64,000 bases of DNA from an uncultured Alphaproteobacteria bacterium (GTDB lineage: Bacteria; Pseudomonadota; Alphaproteobacteria; Rhizobiales; Hyphomicrobiaceae): the NCBI GenBank assembly GCA_963819605.1, contig CAWFWU010000010.1, forward strand, positions 101,710 to 165,709. The letters are read 5' to 3'. The translations under genes were made by a program, and so were the position numbers. The notes beneath the pieces are model-generated. The model was not told the DNA's origin. It did not search any database and saw only the letters and a program-made list of their open reading frames with translations. This document shows, one piece after another, positions 21,854 through 31,665 of this stretch (position 1 is its first letter; each line of letters begins with the position of its first letter).

Positions 21854-22003
21854 ATGGACGGTTTAGAGGCGTTGCGCCAAGCAATCGACGAAGGCGATGC
21901 AGCTTTCGCGCGTGGCGAGTTCAAAAGCTACACCATCCCTGGCGAACTTGCGGCAGACCTCAAAACTAGGCTCCTAAAGAGCCAAGACGGCGTAAGCGAC
22001 TAA
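21854..22003 (+). pseudogene. C-terminal remnant of a ParD-type antitoxin
   Basis: LEALRQAIDEGDAAFARGEF resembles ParD C-terminal helices; no N-terminal RHH domain. Confidence 0.45.
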
Positions 22004-22054
22004 GCGCTTGTGGCAAATATCCAAGAGCTGGTCTTAAACAATAAAACCCAACAG

Positions 22055-22357
22055 CTAGAACAGGGCTCTCACATCGCGCGCACCATGCACCACCCTGATG
22101 ATCGTCAGGGCAACATCATCGAACATGTAATAGATGACATAGTTCTTGTAGGGCGCCGCACGCAGCCCTGGCACAATTTGGTCACGCGGTGCCCCCATTC
22201 CCGGGAATTCTAGTAAAGGGGCAAACTTCGCTTCAATCTGTTGGACAAATGCAGACGCAGCTTTAGGTGAATCCTCGGCGATGTAGGCCCAAATCTCGGC
22301 CAGGTCTGCCTCGGCAATGGGCGTAATCAGCAGCTGCAAAGGCTTGGCTCTAGCCAT
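22055..22357 (-). CDS. parE: ParE/RelE family toxin
   Basis: ITPIAEADLAEIWAYIAEDSP...FPGMGAPRD..PGLR..PYKNYVIYY...IIRVVHGARD; start set at ATG 22357. Confidence 0.9.
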   Translation of the reverse strand: MARAKPLQLLITPIAEADLAEIWAYIAEDSPKAASAFVQQIEAKFAPLLEFPGMGAPRDQIVPGLRAAPYKNYVIYYMFDDVALTIIRVVHGARDVRALF

Positions 22358-22361
22358 GCCG

Positions 22362-22631
22362 CTAGCGTTTCTTTGCCGCCAAGCGCTCACCCGCCTTGAT
22401 GATCCGGGCCGGATCGAACGGACGCGCTTTGCCAGCTTTGGCTTGTTTGATGCCAACGGCTACGTCATTGCGTAACGACTGGAGTTCCTGAGCGCGCCGC
22501 GCTTCCGCAAGCTCCCAATCACGCAAGGCTTGGCGCATGACCTCACTCACCGAACCGTAGTTGCCGGTTTGAACCGCTGTTTTAACACGGTCGGCAAGGT
22601 CAGGTGTCAGTGTGATTGTCAGTCGTTCCAT
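22362..22631 (-). CDS. parD: ParD family antitoxin (RHH)
   Basis: MERLTITLT...VQTGNYGSVSEVMRQALRDWE; immediately upstream of parE. Confidence 0.9.
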   Translation of the reverse strand: MERLTITLTPDLADRVKTAVQTGNYGSVSEVMRQALRDWELAEARRAQELQSLRNDVAVGIKQAKAGKARPFDPARIIKAGERLAAKKR

Positions 22632-22699
22632 GAGGATGGTCCTTTCGTGCTCTTATGGAGAGTAGCACAAAATCATACTTTGTCACACTATCGTTTGAG

Positions 22700-22785
22700 A
22701 AATGGAACTTAGACAACTCTAAGTCCCAAAATAGTGGCATGAGTTCTCATAAAATGGGACTTAGAGCCGTGTTTTGGGACTCAAA
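22700..22785. repeat. Four copies of a ~14-bp WWWTGGGACTTAGAG motif (operator or res-like site)
   Basis: tggaacttaga-caac-tctaagtccca inverted pair, then aaaatgggacttagag and ttttgggactcaaa; atgag-tt-ctcat palindrome in between. Confidence 0.55.
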
Positions 22786-24220
22786 TCAACCTGGCCGGTG
22801 CACGAGGATACGTCACCGCATTCCCCTTGATCCGATAGACCCTGTCGAGAACGGCTGTCTTGCTCCCCAGCACCACCGCGAGTTTATCGGGGCCGAGCTT
22901 GAACAGTTCGTCGGCACTGAGCACCTGGCGGGCGGCTTCGCTGACGCTCACGTCCCTGCCCTTCGTGATCGGGTTCACCGTCCGCTGACCGGCCAACTTG
23001 GCAATCAGCTCATAATCCTGCGGTGACTTCAGGCCGCCACACATCGCGATGTCACTGTTGCTAAATAGCGTGGCCCCATCAGCCTTGCCCATGTATTGCG
23101 TCAGCTGACTTGGGCTTTGATAACAAAGGAATATGGTCACACCTGCCTTGCGCAGCTCCACCACCGCCTGCACAAGCGGCGCGCATTTGCCAACCACGCT
23201 GCCTTCATCAATGAGGATCTGAGTTCGGCGCGGCAACGGCCCTGCTTTCGCATAGAGCCGCGCCAAGCTCCCTGCAGCTTGGCCGAAGAACATCCGCACC
23301 AAATGCTTGCTGGTATCCGCGCCAAGCACGCCACCGCATAGAAATACGGCGCACGGCTGCTCGGCTGTCAATTCGTCGTCCCATTTGAGCGTATCTGTCC
23401 GATCGGTCAGCGCCCGGAATGCGCGCCATGTCCACGCTTCGAGCGCATTGGTAAGCGTGCTTTTGAAACTGCCGCTTTCGCTCAGGCCCACTGATCGCCA
23501 AGCGTTGACTGCGAGGCGCAGGCTGTCGTCGCCGTTTTGCAGCATCTGCTTGAAGGCCTGCTCTTGTTGATCGTTGGCCTTCAAGAGAAGCAGGTTGGCG
23601 ATACCGTAAGGCGTCGCGTTGGGCCGGTCGTGTTGATACAGCCAGCCGAGAACGCCTTTGATGAACACCGCGCCCATATCGCGGAAGTGGCTGCCGGATT
23701 TGCCGGTCACATCCACATCGGCAACGATCAAGTTGGCGATATCACGCACGTCACGATCCCAGGTGCGCGGCGTGCTGCCCTCAAGATATGTGGAAGGGTT
23801 GTAGCCTAAGCCGGTTGCGGGGTCGTCCAGATCAACTTTGATGACGCGATAGCCTTGGGCTTCAAGCGGCCCTTTGAAACGCGTCCAAAGCTGCTTGGGT
23901 GGGTCTTGGACAATGAGATTGTTGCCGTTCGCGTAGTGCAGTGCGGCGCCCATGGTCAAACTCTTGCCCGCGCCGCGCGCGCCAAACATCAGCACGCAGC
24001 TCTCGTGATGCGTTCGAACCAGCTGCCGTTGCAGAAAGCCGAGCGGAAAGCCGTCGCCGTTCGCGAGTTCGCGACGCGTGGCCAGCCGCGCTGTGCCCCA
24101 GGTTGGCGTGCGGCGCCATTGTTTCCACGTCTTCTTGACCCACTTGCACGCCTCCCAGCCCCAACCCGCAGCACGGAACGGAAATGCAATCACGTCAAAG
24201 ATCGGTTGGAAAAGAGCCAT
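22781..24220 (-). CDS. VirD4/TraG-like type IV coupling protein
   Basis: WGTARLA, Walker A GARGAGKS, VQDPP, GYNP, Walker B ILIDE, YQSPSQL. Confidence 0.85.
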   Translation of the reverse strand: MALFQPIFDVIAFPFRAAGWGWEACKWVKKTWKQWRRTPTWGTARLATRRELANGDGFPLGFLQRQLVRTHHESCVLMFGARGAGKSLTMGAALHYANGNNLIVQDPPKQLWTRFKGPLEAQGYRVIKVDLDDPATGLGYNPSTYLEGSTPRTWDRDVRDIANLIVADVDVTGKSGSHFRDMGAVFIKGVLGWLYQHDRPNATPYGIANLLLLKANDQQEQAFKQMLQNGDDSLRLAVNAWRSVGLSESGSFKSTLTNALEAWTWRAFRALTDRTDTLKWDDELTAEQPCAVFLCGGVLGADTSKHLVRMFFGQAAGSLARLYAKAGPLPRRTQILIDEGSVVGKCAPLVQAVVELRKAGVTIFLCYQSPSQLTQYMGKADGATLFSNSDIAMCGGLKSPQDYELIAKLAGQRTVNPITKGRDVSVSEAARQVLSADELFKLGPDKLAVVLGSKTAVLDRVYRIKGNAVTYPRAPARLI

Positions 24221-24471
24221 CTCCCTGACGTATCAGAGATCGCGTGCGATGGAGCAGGCCGGACACCACGTGCCACTGGCTGCACTCATTTGCTACCCGC
24301 AGCAGCGGTTCCACCAGCGCCGCATGGCCTGCGTTGAGAGCGTTCTTTCTATAAATCTTTCTTTCTTGCGATGTTGCAAGATTGCAATATAGCCAACTTG
24401 GTTTCTGTCTTTGTTTCTTTCAAAATTTCATTCTTGAAAGCAATATTCAGGACACCAACGAAAGATCACAG

Positions 24472-25158
24472 GTGTTCATCAGCTTTATCAGCCAAAAAGG
24501 CGGGACGAGTAAAACTACGCTCGCGCTTCACGTCGCCGCTCTTATGGCAGCCGCCGGCCAAAAGACACTTCTCATCGACGCCGACCCGCAAGCCAGTTCA
24601 ATGGCATGGTTCGCTTGCCGCGTTGGCCACAAGCAGCCAAGCCCCAAGGGCTTAACGGTGATGGCCATCAACAATGGCACAATCACCGACCAACTTCCTG
24701 AACTGGCCAATTCCTATGATTGCATCATCATCGATGGCCCACCGCGCGGTGACCGCATCGCCCGCGATGTGATCCTCGCCAGCGACATCGTCATCATCCC
24801 CACGCGCCTGTCCGGCTTTGACGTGTGGGCAGGTGACAGCATCACCAAAACTATTGAATAGCTTCGCCCAATTCAGAAGATGGCCTCCAAACGCCCTCTG
24901 GATTGGTTTTACGTCGTCAACCAGAAGAACCCCCGCACCACAGTCGGAAAAGTAATCCTACGCGCTCTGGAGCAGCATCAGGGGCATATTCTCGACAGCC
25001 ATATCTGCGAACGCACCTGTTTCATCGAAAGCACAAGCCAAGGCCTGACCATTCTGGAGACAGAACAGCCGGGCAGCAAAGCGCTGCGCGAAATAACAGC
25101 GCTTGCCGAAGAAATCCGATCACTCATCCACCAACGACACAACAGGAGCGCCGCCTAG
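24472..25158 (+). pseudogene. parA: Plasmid-type ParA with in-frame TAG at 24859-24861
   Basis: SQKGGTSKTT (Gly to Ser in the deviant Walker A), IDADPQ, IIDGPP; the two ORF-track pieces are in the same frame across one TAG. Confidence 0.85.
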
Positions 25159-25467
25159 ATGAACCGCATGAAGGACTTCACCGCCCACAACCCAACTGGC
25201 GCCACGCCTGGCATGGAGCCGGTCAACCTGGATGTGTTGAAAGCAGCCGTTGCCAATGAAATGGCACCAACGCCTGCAAGTAGCCCACAGGCAGCTACGT
25301 CAAGTCAGAGCCTGACGCCCAAGAACTTGCGCTTGCCGAGCGATCTGGTGGATTTCATCGACTACGTCTACACCAAAGACCACCGCATGAAGAAACAGGA
25401 CGCCTACACGTTGGCGCTAGAAAAGTTCTTCCGGCCCCTCATGCCAAACCGTGGCAACAGCGTTTGA
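25159..25467 (+). CDS. Small ParA partner, probable C-terminal ribbon-helix-helix (ParG-like)
   Basis: Abuts parA (TAG-ATG); disordered N-terminus then KNLRLPSDLVDFIDY...KKQDAYTLALEKFF. Confidence 0.55.
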   Translation: MNRMKDFTAHNPTGATPGMEPVNLDVLKAAVANEMAPTPASSPQAATSSQSLTPKNLRLPSDLVDFIDYVYTKDHRMKKQDAYTLALEKFFRPLMPNRGNSV

Positions 25468-26518
25468 CGACGACATGGACGGCCACGCTCAGCCACCTGC
25501 CATCCACGACGCCGACTTACTTGCCGAACGCGATGCTGCCCGGGGCAGGCCTGGGTTCAACTACATTGAAATGTCCCTGATTGCCCGCCAAGTGGAGCGT
25601 GACAGGCTTGCGGCTCTAACACCCAGCCAACGACGCCGCGCCGTCACCCGCACAAGTTTTGAAACACAGCCCGCCAGCCTTGATGACTTGCGTCTCATCC
25701 ACAGCGTTCTGGCGATTTGTGGCCTTCCGTACAAGCGCCTGCCAATCGAGGTCCGCGAGTTCGAACGCCGCCAAAGCAACATGGCCCTGGACGTGTCAGC
25801 AGGTTCACTCCGCAACGACAGGGGTGAAAACATTCCCCAGCCGCTGCCATTCGGCCCAAAAGCACGGCTTGTCTTGATGCATCTATGCAGCCAGGCCGTT
25901 TACAACAGGTCACCGACCATCGACCTCAATGAAACCTTCACCGCATTTGTTCGTGAGCTAGGATTTAACGACAGCGGCGGCCCTCGGGGCGCACTTACCG
26001 CATTCAAGCATCAGCTCAACGCACTGGCGGCCCGCACGATGAAGGTCAGCGTCTGACAGCCCGGCGTTGGCGTTCGGACAGAGCACATCACACCGATCAA
26101 GAGCTTCGAGCTTTGGCTGTCCGACAACATGCACCAGCGGGCGCTTTGGCCAAGTAGCCTGACATTCAGCACCGACTTTTATGAAAGCCTTCGCGCCCAT
26201 GCCGTGCCGCTGAATATTCGGGCCATCTGAGCCTTTGCAGGTTCGGCCCGCACGCTCGATGCCTATTATTGGCTTGGCTACCGCATGACCCGTCTCAAAG
26301 CGCAAACAGTGATTTCATGGGATGCGCTGGCTGAACAATTCGGCGAAGGCTATGCCCGCCAACGCGATTTCAAAGCCAGCTTCATCCGCGATATCGCCGA
26401 CATCAAAGAGCTATTCCCGAAGCTTCCAGTGACGACGAACGAACGGGGTCTCCTACTCAAACCTGCGAGCTTAGAAGCGTTGGCCTTACCTGCGCCACGA
26501 TCCAAAAAGTCATCATAA
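25451..26518 (+). pseudogene. repA: Plasmid replication initiator (RepA_C family) with two in-frame TGA stops (26054, 26228)
   Basis: HSVLAICGLPY, LPFGPKARL, QLNALAA, LWPSSLTFSTDFYESL..HAVPL, LDAYYWL.YR, ISWDAL.EQFG..Y; one frame throughout. Confidence 0.85.
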
Positions 26519-26525
26519 TTGCGCT

Positions 26526-26660
26526 CGCTGAGTTGGTCGCGCTTATCCCACTTCGCCCGCTGAGTTGGTCACCGATCCCCGCTGACTTGGTCGCGTATAT
26601 ATAGAACAGAAAACTTCAGAACAGTTCTCTCAGAACACTTCTCAGAATTTTCAGAAAAGG
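26526..26660 (+). other. Putative iteron oriV
   Basis: Three cgctga(g/c)ttggtc repeats starting at 26526, 26558 and 26580 (32 and 22 bp apart), then an AT-rich tract with repeated cagaa, directly after repA. Confidence 0.7.
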
Positions 26661-27195
26661 ATCTGCGTGATTTTGTCGGAAAGAAAAGTGGTCCAAAATA
26701 TGCTGTGGTGAATTTATCCGTTCAGCAATCCTTGCCGAACCATTGCAACCAGGAGCGTGAGTGAGTCTTCCTTGGAAATGCGGCCGGTAACGTAGAGGTC
26801 ATCAAAGCGTGCATCGACTTTGCAATGCACGGCCCTTTGTAGCCTGTTCAGCTCCGTACCTAACCGCAAGCCTTCCCGCCGCTGTTCGGCTTCTTTCGCA
26901 CCCGTCGTCGGGACACGTGCCTCGAACGGTGCCAACAACGCGTCAACGGTCGTTTCAGACGTCTTGGTCCTGACCCTCTCCTGCCTGCGAATTCTATCAC
27001 AACGCGCTTACACGAGCAGGCTTAGCTGTTATCGGTTCACGCAACAGAAAAGCGCCCCAACCAAAAAGGTGGAGCGCCATCACTTTCGACGGTCATCGGC
27101 TCCTCAGCCTGTACCGCAGTGCCATCATACCTTCCTTATCGTCCGCGCCAAGCCACCCCGCCCAAGGCGTAAGCACATAGAATGCCGTATTATAC

Positions 27196-27888
27196 TTGTT
27201 ACGAAAATCACCATTTCCTGAACCTAAATACCTCGGGAGCGCGAGGGCAGAGCCCTCGCACCTCAAGCTCGCCGCAGGCGGCCGCCCCCCGCCCGCAACC
27301 AAACTTGCCCGGCTCAAGTCGCTGGCTTTCGACACCGAAGTACGCCGCCGCGCCTTGGATATCTCACGGCCCCACCACCACCCATGGTTTGCGAGCGGCC
27401 ACCGCGACGACGCGCCATCACTCGCGAGCCTGTTGACGCCGATGGTCAAAGCCACCGGTCCTGGCCACCCCGTGTTCACGATCACGGCCAAAGACATCGC
27501 CTTTTGCTTTTATGGCTTGGGTTTCATCGGCCGCCGCGAATTGCAAGCCTCGCTGGAAAACTTCGCGCAGGAAGAACAGCGTCTGTTTGCCGGCCGTTTG
27601 GCCAAGGCTAAACACCGGCCGCCTCCACCGCCTCCCAAACCGAAGCGCCCCGCTTTTGAGCGCCCCCAGCTTGCCCTCAAGCAGAAGCTGGTAGCCCGCC
27701 TCTGGCACATCCAAGCAGCCGTGGCGCTCCATCACCAACGTGAGCACGCCTTTGAAGAGCGGTATGTTCAACGCACCTGGGCCAAACAACAGCGTCAGCG
27801 CGATCGGGAAACGCGAGACCAGGAGCGGATCAATCGCTCCCGCATAAGGACTCGGCCACCGGTGCCGTCATCGAACATCGAGAGTTGA
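27196..27888 (+). CDS. Hypothetical protein (basic, Pro-rich linker)
   Basis: 230-aa ORF in the element backbone; no family recognised. Confidence 0.45.
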   Translation: MLRKSPFPEPKYLGSARAEPSHLKLAAGGRPPPATKLARLKSLAFDTEVRRRALDISRPHHHPWFASGHRDDAPSLASLLTPMVKATGPGHPVFTITAKDIAFCFYGLGFIGRRELQASLENFAQEEQRLFAGRLAKAKHRPPPPPPKPKRPAFERPQLALKQKLVARLWHIQAAVALHHQREHAFEERYVQRTWAKQQRQRDRETRDQERINRSRIRTRPPVPSSNIES

Positions 27889-28240
27889 AGTCACAGCCCT
27901 CGGATTTTCATCGTCTTAGTCAGCTTTAATTGAGGTTGACCTTCCAAGGTGCGGACGTGGCCACCACCGGTGCACTTGACCCAATACGGTCGCGCGCTTC
28001 AAAGGCCGCCGTTCGCCAAGATGGCAGCTTGTGAAAAATGCTGACGAAACGGAACCGCCGCGCCACCTTTTCCGACAGCACAGACCCAGTGGGGACCTGC
28101 GCTTGCCGCAGCAGCTCTGGGATTTTGTCGACGCGTACCTCTCTCTGTGTGGCCCAGATTGGACGAGCCGCACGGAGGAGGTTGGTTGACAATTCCTCAG
28201 CGTTCGAGAATTGATTGTGAACATATAGTAGGAGGGTCCA

Positions 28241-31063
28241 ATGTCGTCTGGCCCACGTGCTTTTCCGGATCATTTTATTTCAATTTATCAGTCAGCCGTG
28301 GAAGAATTGGCGCGAGATCGTGCCAAAAGATTGCCCGAGGCCAACGGTCCCGAGACAGAGACGAAGGGATTGGATTTCGCCTCCGCCATGAATGCGGCGG
28401 CAGCTGAACTCGGTGCGCTTCGGATGCACGGACGCGTGTACAGCCCGCAAGGAGAGCAAAAGTCGATCGGCACTGTGATGACTTGCGCCAGCCTCGGGCT
28501 CAAGTACATGGAGGCGCTTATAAAAGGCGACGAAGTCGCGGCCAGAGCGATCGAGGGCAAGTTAAGCGACGCAAAGTGTGACCCTGGATGGGCCTCGACA
28601 CTGGGCGAATATTACAGTTCTTATCTTGGTGCCGATGGCGCTAGACGACCGATCCCATATCGTCGCGCCGCAACAGTTGGACCGGCCGTCATCACGATTC
28701 AAGCGAACGCACGAATCGCAATCGTTGGAGACTGGGGCACTGGAGCAATCCCTGCCATTCGCGTCGCACGGCAGATCGCGCAGCTCAAACCGGACATACT
28801 GGTCCATTTGGGCGACATCTATTATTCTGGCACGCCAAATGAATGCAAAGATAACTTCATCGACATTCTTGATAATGTCTTTGATCGTGCGCGGACCAAG
28901 CTACCCGTATTCACACTGGCCGGCAATCACGACATGTACAGTGGCGGCGCCGGCTTTTATTCTCTCATCGACCGGCTCAATGAAGGGCCTATGCAGCAGC
29001 GAGCCAGCTTTTTCTGTCTCAGAAGTTCTGACAATGCGTGGCAGCTTCTGGGGATGGATACCGGGCTCAACGACTACGCGCCGCTGTCGGTCACTGAGAC
29101 CCTAACCCACCTGGAGGCTGACGAAGAACAGTGGCACCTTGATCGAATCGTAGAATTTCCCGGAAAGACAATACTGCTCTCGCATCATCAACTCTTCTCA
29201 GCGTTCTCTCAAATTGGCGCCGAGAACGAACGAGGACGGCTTTGCGCACATAATCCGCGACTTCTCGAAAGCTATGAGAAGTTCGTCAAAACAGGAAAGA
29301 CGATCTCGGCCTGGTTTTGGGGGCACGAACATAGCCTATACCTCTATGACGGCTATTTGAACCTATCGAGAGGCCGCTGCCTAGGCCACGGCGCCATTCC
29401 GGTTTTCGCCAGTGAAGAACCCTACTTGCCGCTTAGAAATCTCCGCGACCCGCCTTCCATTCTTAAAGACTTGAATGTCGGGCACTCAGGTGACGTGTAT
29501 GCAAACGGCTTCGCAATTCTGGATCTAGAACCGGCGAAGAAAGACGCGACGGTCAGATATTTTCAGGATGTACAAGGCGCCACGAACGAAGTCTATTCCG
29601 AGTCCCTCGTAGCCGCCGGCAGTGCAAGCAAGACAAAGCCTATGCCGCCGCCAACATCGGCGGAGACCATATTTTTTGCGCCTCAGGCTCCGAACCGGAA
29701 AAAGCGCAGCAGCAAGGTAGCGTTTGTGGTTGGCAATCAACACTATCGCGACGTCTCGAAACTGACGAACCCGGCCGCCGACGCCGGTATCGTGCGCACT
29801 GAATTGGAGCAACTCGGCTTCGAAGTCTATGGCGGAGTGAATTTCGACTTGAATGCAATTCGCGATCGTTTTGACTACTTCGAAAGCCAGATTGGCAAAG
29901 CCGAGGTCGCCCTGCTTTATTACTCTGGGCACGGCGTGCAAATCGATGGTCAGAACTACGTGGTCCCGATCGATGGCAGCATGACGTCACTTTTGGCGTC
30001 GGCGCGCGAGACGCAGATACAGAGCCTCGTCAACCGGATGGCACAGAGCAGCAAGAAATGCTTGGTCTTCCTGGATGCATGCCGCGACAATCCTTTCATC
30101 GAGAGCATCGCCGAACCAGCAAACAATGCCAAGCGCGTTGGTTTACAGGAGACCCAATCAATTGCCGCCTTTATCTCTCACGGCCTGGCTCCGGTGGACG
30201 TCAGAGGAAAAGTTCAGGCCTTCATCGCTTTTGCCGCCGCGCCTGGGAAATATGCTTACGGCAGCGACGGCCGCTACAGCTACTTCACGCAGGGTCTCGT
30301 CTCGCACCTTAATACGCAAGGTTTAAGTATCGATGGCCTGATGAATCGCGTGCGCCAAGACGTCAAGGGCGCAACAGGCGAGACACAAGATCCTTGGAGT
30401 CAGACCAACCTCACTAATGACTACTACTTCAAGCCGGCTTCCCTGCTCCCCGCTTATGTCATGGCCCTTTTAGGTGCCCTCTCTGGATTCGTGACAGCTT
30501 GGAGAACCTTCGATCCGACGGGGCTCTTCCAAAACGGATGGAACGGATGGGGTGGCGCATTTTTCGGACTCGTTGTGGGTTTCGGCGTGTGGCGATGGGG
30601 GCGGCGCAATTTTTGGGCGGCGGGCCTGGCATTTCTGTCTGTCACGCTGGCCTTCAAACTTGCCTTTTTCTACATGGACTGGATCGGCACCACTGACCTA
30701 GACAAACGCTCAAACAGAATCGGGCCATTTTTTGAAAACGCAAAGCTGATGCGCGATATGATAGGTGCCTCGATTGCCGCAAGCATCTGCATGTTAGGTA
30801 CGATTCTCGGTGCCGCCGTCACCACGCCCGCGCTACGTCGTCCAAACGCCTACGTCATGATGCTATTTGCTGGCCTCCTCGTCGTTCCAGTTGTGGGGTT
30901 GGTAATGGCGGCCCAGTCATTTGAACTCCCCGGATTCAACAAAGATGACTATGATCGTCTCGCTGCGATCTTAGGTGCGATGACTTGGCAGGCCGGTCTA
31001 GGTTTCACGATTGGCTACGGACTGAGCCAATACGTACCCGAGCCTGGTGAGCGAAAGCTTTGA
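28241..31063 (+). CDS. Metallophosphoesterase + caspase (C14) + multi-TM fusion protein
   Basis: GDWG, HLGDIYY, GNHD, SHH and GHEH phosphoesterase motifs; FVVGNQHY, YYSGHG and FLDACR caspase dyad; hydrophobic C-terminus of about six helices; ggaggg RBS. Confidence 0.88.
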   Translation: MSSGPRAFPDHFISIYQSAVEELARDRAKRLPEANGPETETKGLDFASAMNAAAAELGALRMHGRVYSPQGEQKSIGTVMTCASLGLKYMEALIKGDEVAARAIEGKLSDAKCDPGWASTLGEYYSSYLGADGARRPIPYRRAATVGPAVITIQANARIAIVGDWGTGAIPAIRVARQIAQLKPDILVHLGDIYYSGTPNECKDNFIDILDNVFDRARTKLPVFTLAGNHDMYSGGAGFYSLIDRLNEGPMQQRASFFCLRSSDNAWQLLGMDTGLNDYAPLSVTETLTHLEADEEQWHLDRIVEFPGKTILLSHHQLFSAFSQIGAENERGRLCAHNPRLLESYEKFVKTGKTISAWFWGHEHSLYLYDGYLNLSRGRCLGHGAIPVFASEEPYLPLRNLRDPPSILKDLNVGHSGDVYANGFAILDLEPAKKDATVRYFQDVQGATNEVYSESLVAAGSASKTKPMPPPTSAETIFFAPQAPNRKKRSSKVAFVVGNQHYRDVSKLTNPAADAGIVRTELEQLGFEVYGGVNFDLNAIRDRFDYFESQIGKAEVALLYYSGHGVQIDGQNYVVPIDGSMTSLLASARETQIQSLVNRMAQSSKKCLVFLDACRDNPFIESIAEPANNAKRVGLQETQSIAAFISHGLAPVDVRGKVQAFIAFAAAPGKYAYGSDGRYSYFTQGLVSHLNTQGLSIDGLMNRVRQDVKGATGETQDPWSQTNLTNDYYFKPASLLPAYVMALLGALSGFVTAWRTFDPTGLFQNGWNGWGGAFFGLVVGFGVWRWGRRNFWAAGLAFLSVTLAFKLAFFYMDWIGTTDLDKRSNRIGPFFENAKLMRDMIGASIAASICMLGTILGAAVTTPALRRPNAYVMMLFAGLLVVPVVGLVMAAQSFELPGFNKDDYDRLAAILGAMTWQAGLGFTIGYGLSQYVPEPGERKL

Positions 31064-31451
31064 GAGCACATTGCACGGCAATATCGGTGGCCGGGTAGTC
31101 CACGGGCACGGGTTCTTATACAGCGCCGGAAGAGTGCAGGTTGAAATGTTGCTGGCGTCCGCGGACGCTATCAGCCTCGGCGTCAGCATACATGATATGG
31201 CGAGCGGCGAGCTAGCGTTCAGGAAGGGGACTGCCGCAAAGCCCCTTCGTCAGTACGACCGCAAAGCAGAATCGCTGCGCGCGTAGCATCGCTCGATCTC
31301 CACCAAGTTGGGAAATCTGGTCGTCACCTACTTGGATCAGAAGGCCGCGTTCCGTTTAGAGTTTCCGGAATTGTTTCCTCAGCTCAATGCGTTAGTTGAA
31401 ATTGGCACGCGCGTTCGGCTCGAACAATTTCGAGCCCCAAGGAGACGATAG
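31047..31451 (+). pseudogene. Small hypothetical ORF with one in-frame TAG (31284-31286)
   Basis: The 79-aa ORF continues in frame for 54 protein-like codons (HRSISTKLGNLVVTYLDQKAAFRLEFPELFPQLNALVEIG...) to TAG 31449-31451; overlaps the end of the caspase gene. Confidence 0.4.
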
Positions 31452-31665
31452 CGGCGCTCGGCCAATCCTACCACACGCAAGGATGCATTGGGACGCGACG
31501 TCCGTCCGGATAATGAACCCGATTGCCCGACTGGCGTAGCCGTGCATCAGCCAATGGTACTTGTACGCGGGCGGGCTGGCGTTCCGGCGGAGATCGGGTA
31601 GTGTTGTGGTCCGCGCCTCATATTCTTGCGCGGATGACCCAGGCTTTTTTGCCGGTGAGTTCGAC

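Noticed and set aside
26714-26938. 74-aa minus-strand ORF after the iterons
   Set aside because: TTG start without a clear RBS and no motif; may be real but is unsupported.
27000-27200. oriT candidate (gtgtaagcgcg on the minus strand; gcgtaagcac)
   Set aside because: Only partial similarity to the MOBQ TAAGTGCGCCCT nick region and no adjacent inverted repeat I could confirm.
27890-28230. Possible gene remnant upstream of the cargo cluster
   Set aside because: Short ORFs on both strands, none with a recognisable motif or RBS; cannot be supported.
31047-31110. Resemblance of LHGNIGGRVVHGHG to the first strands of GFP-like barrels
   Set aside because: Spacing differs, the ORF is far too short and no chromophore motif is present.
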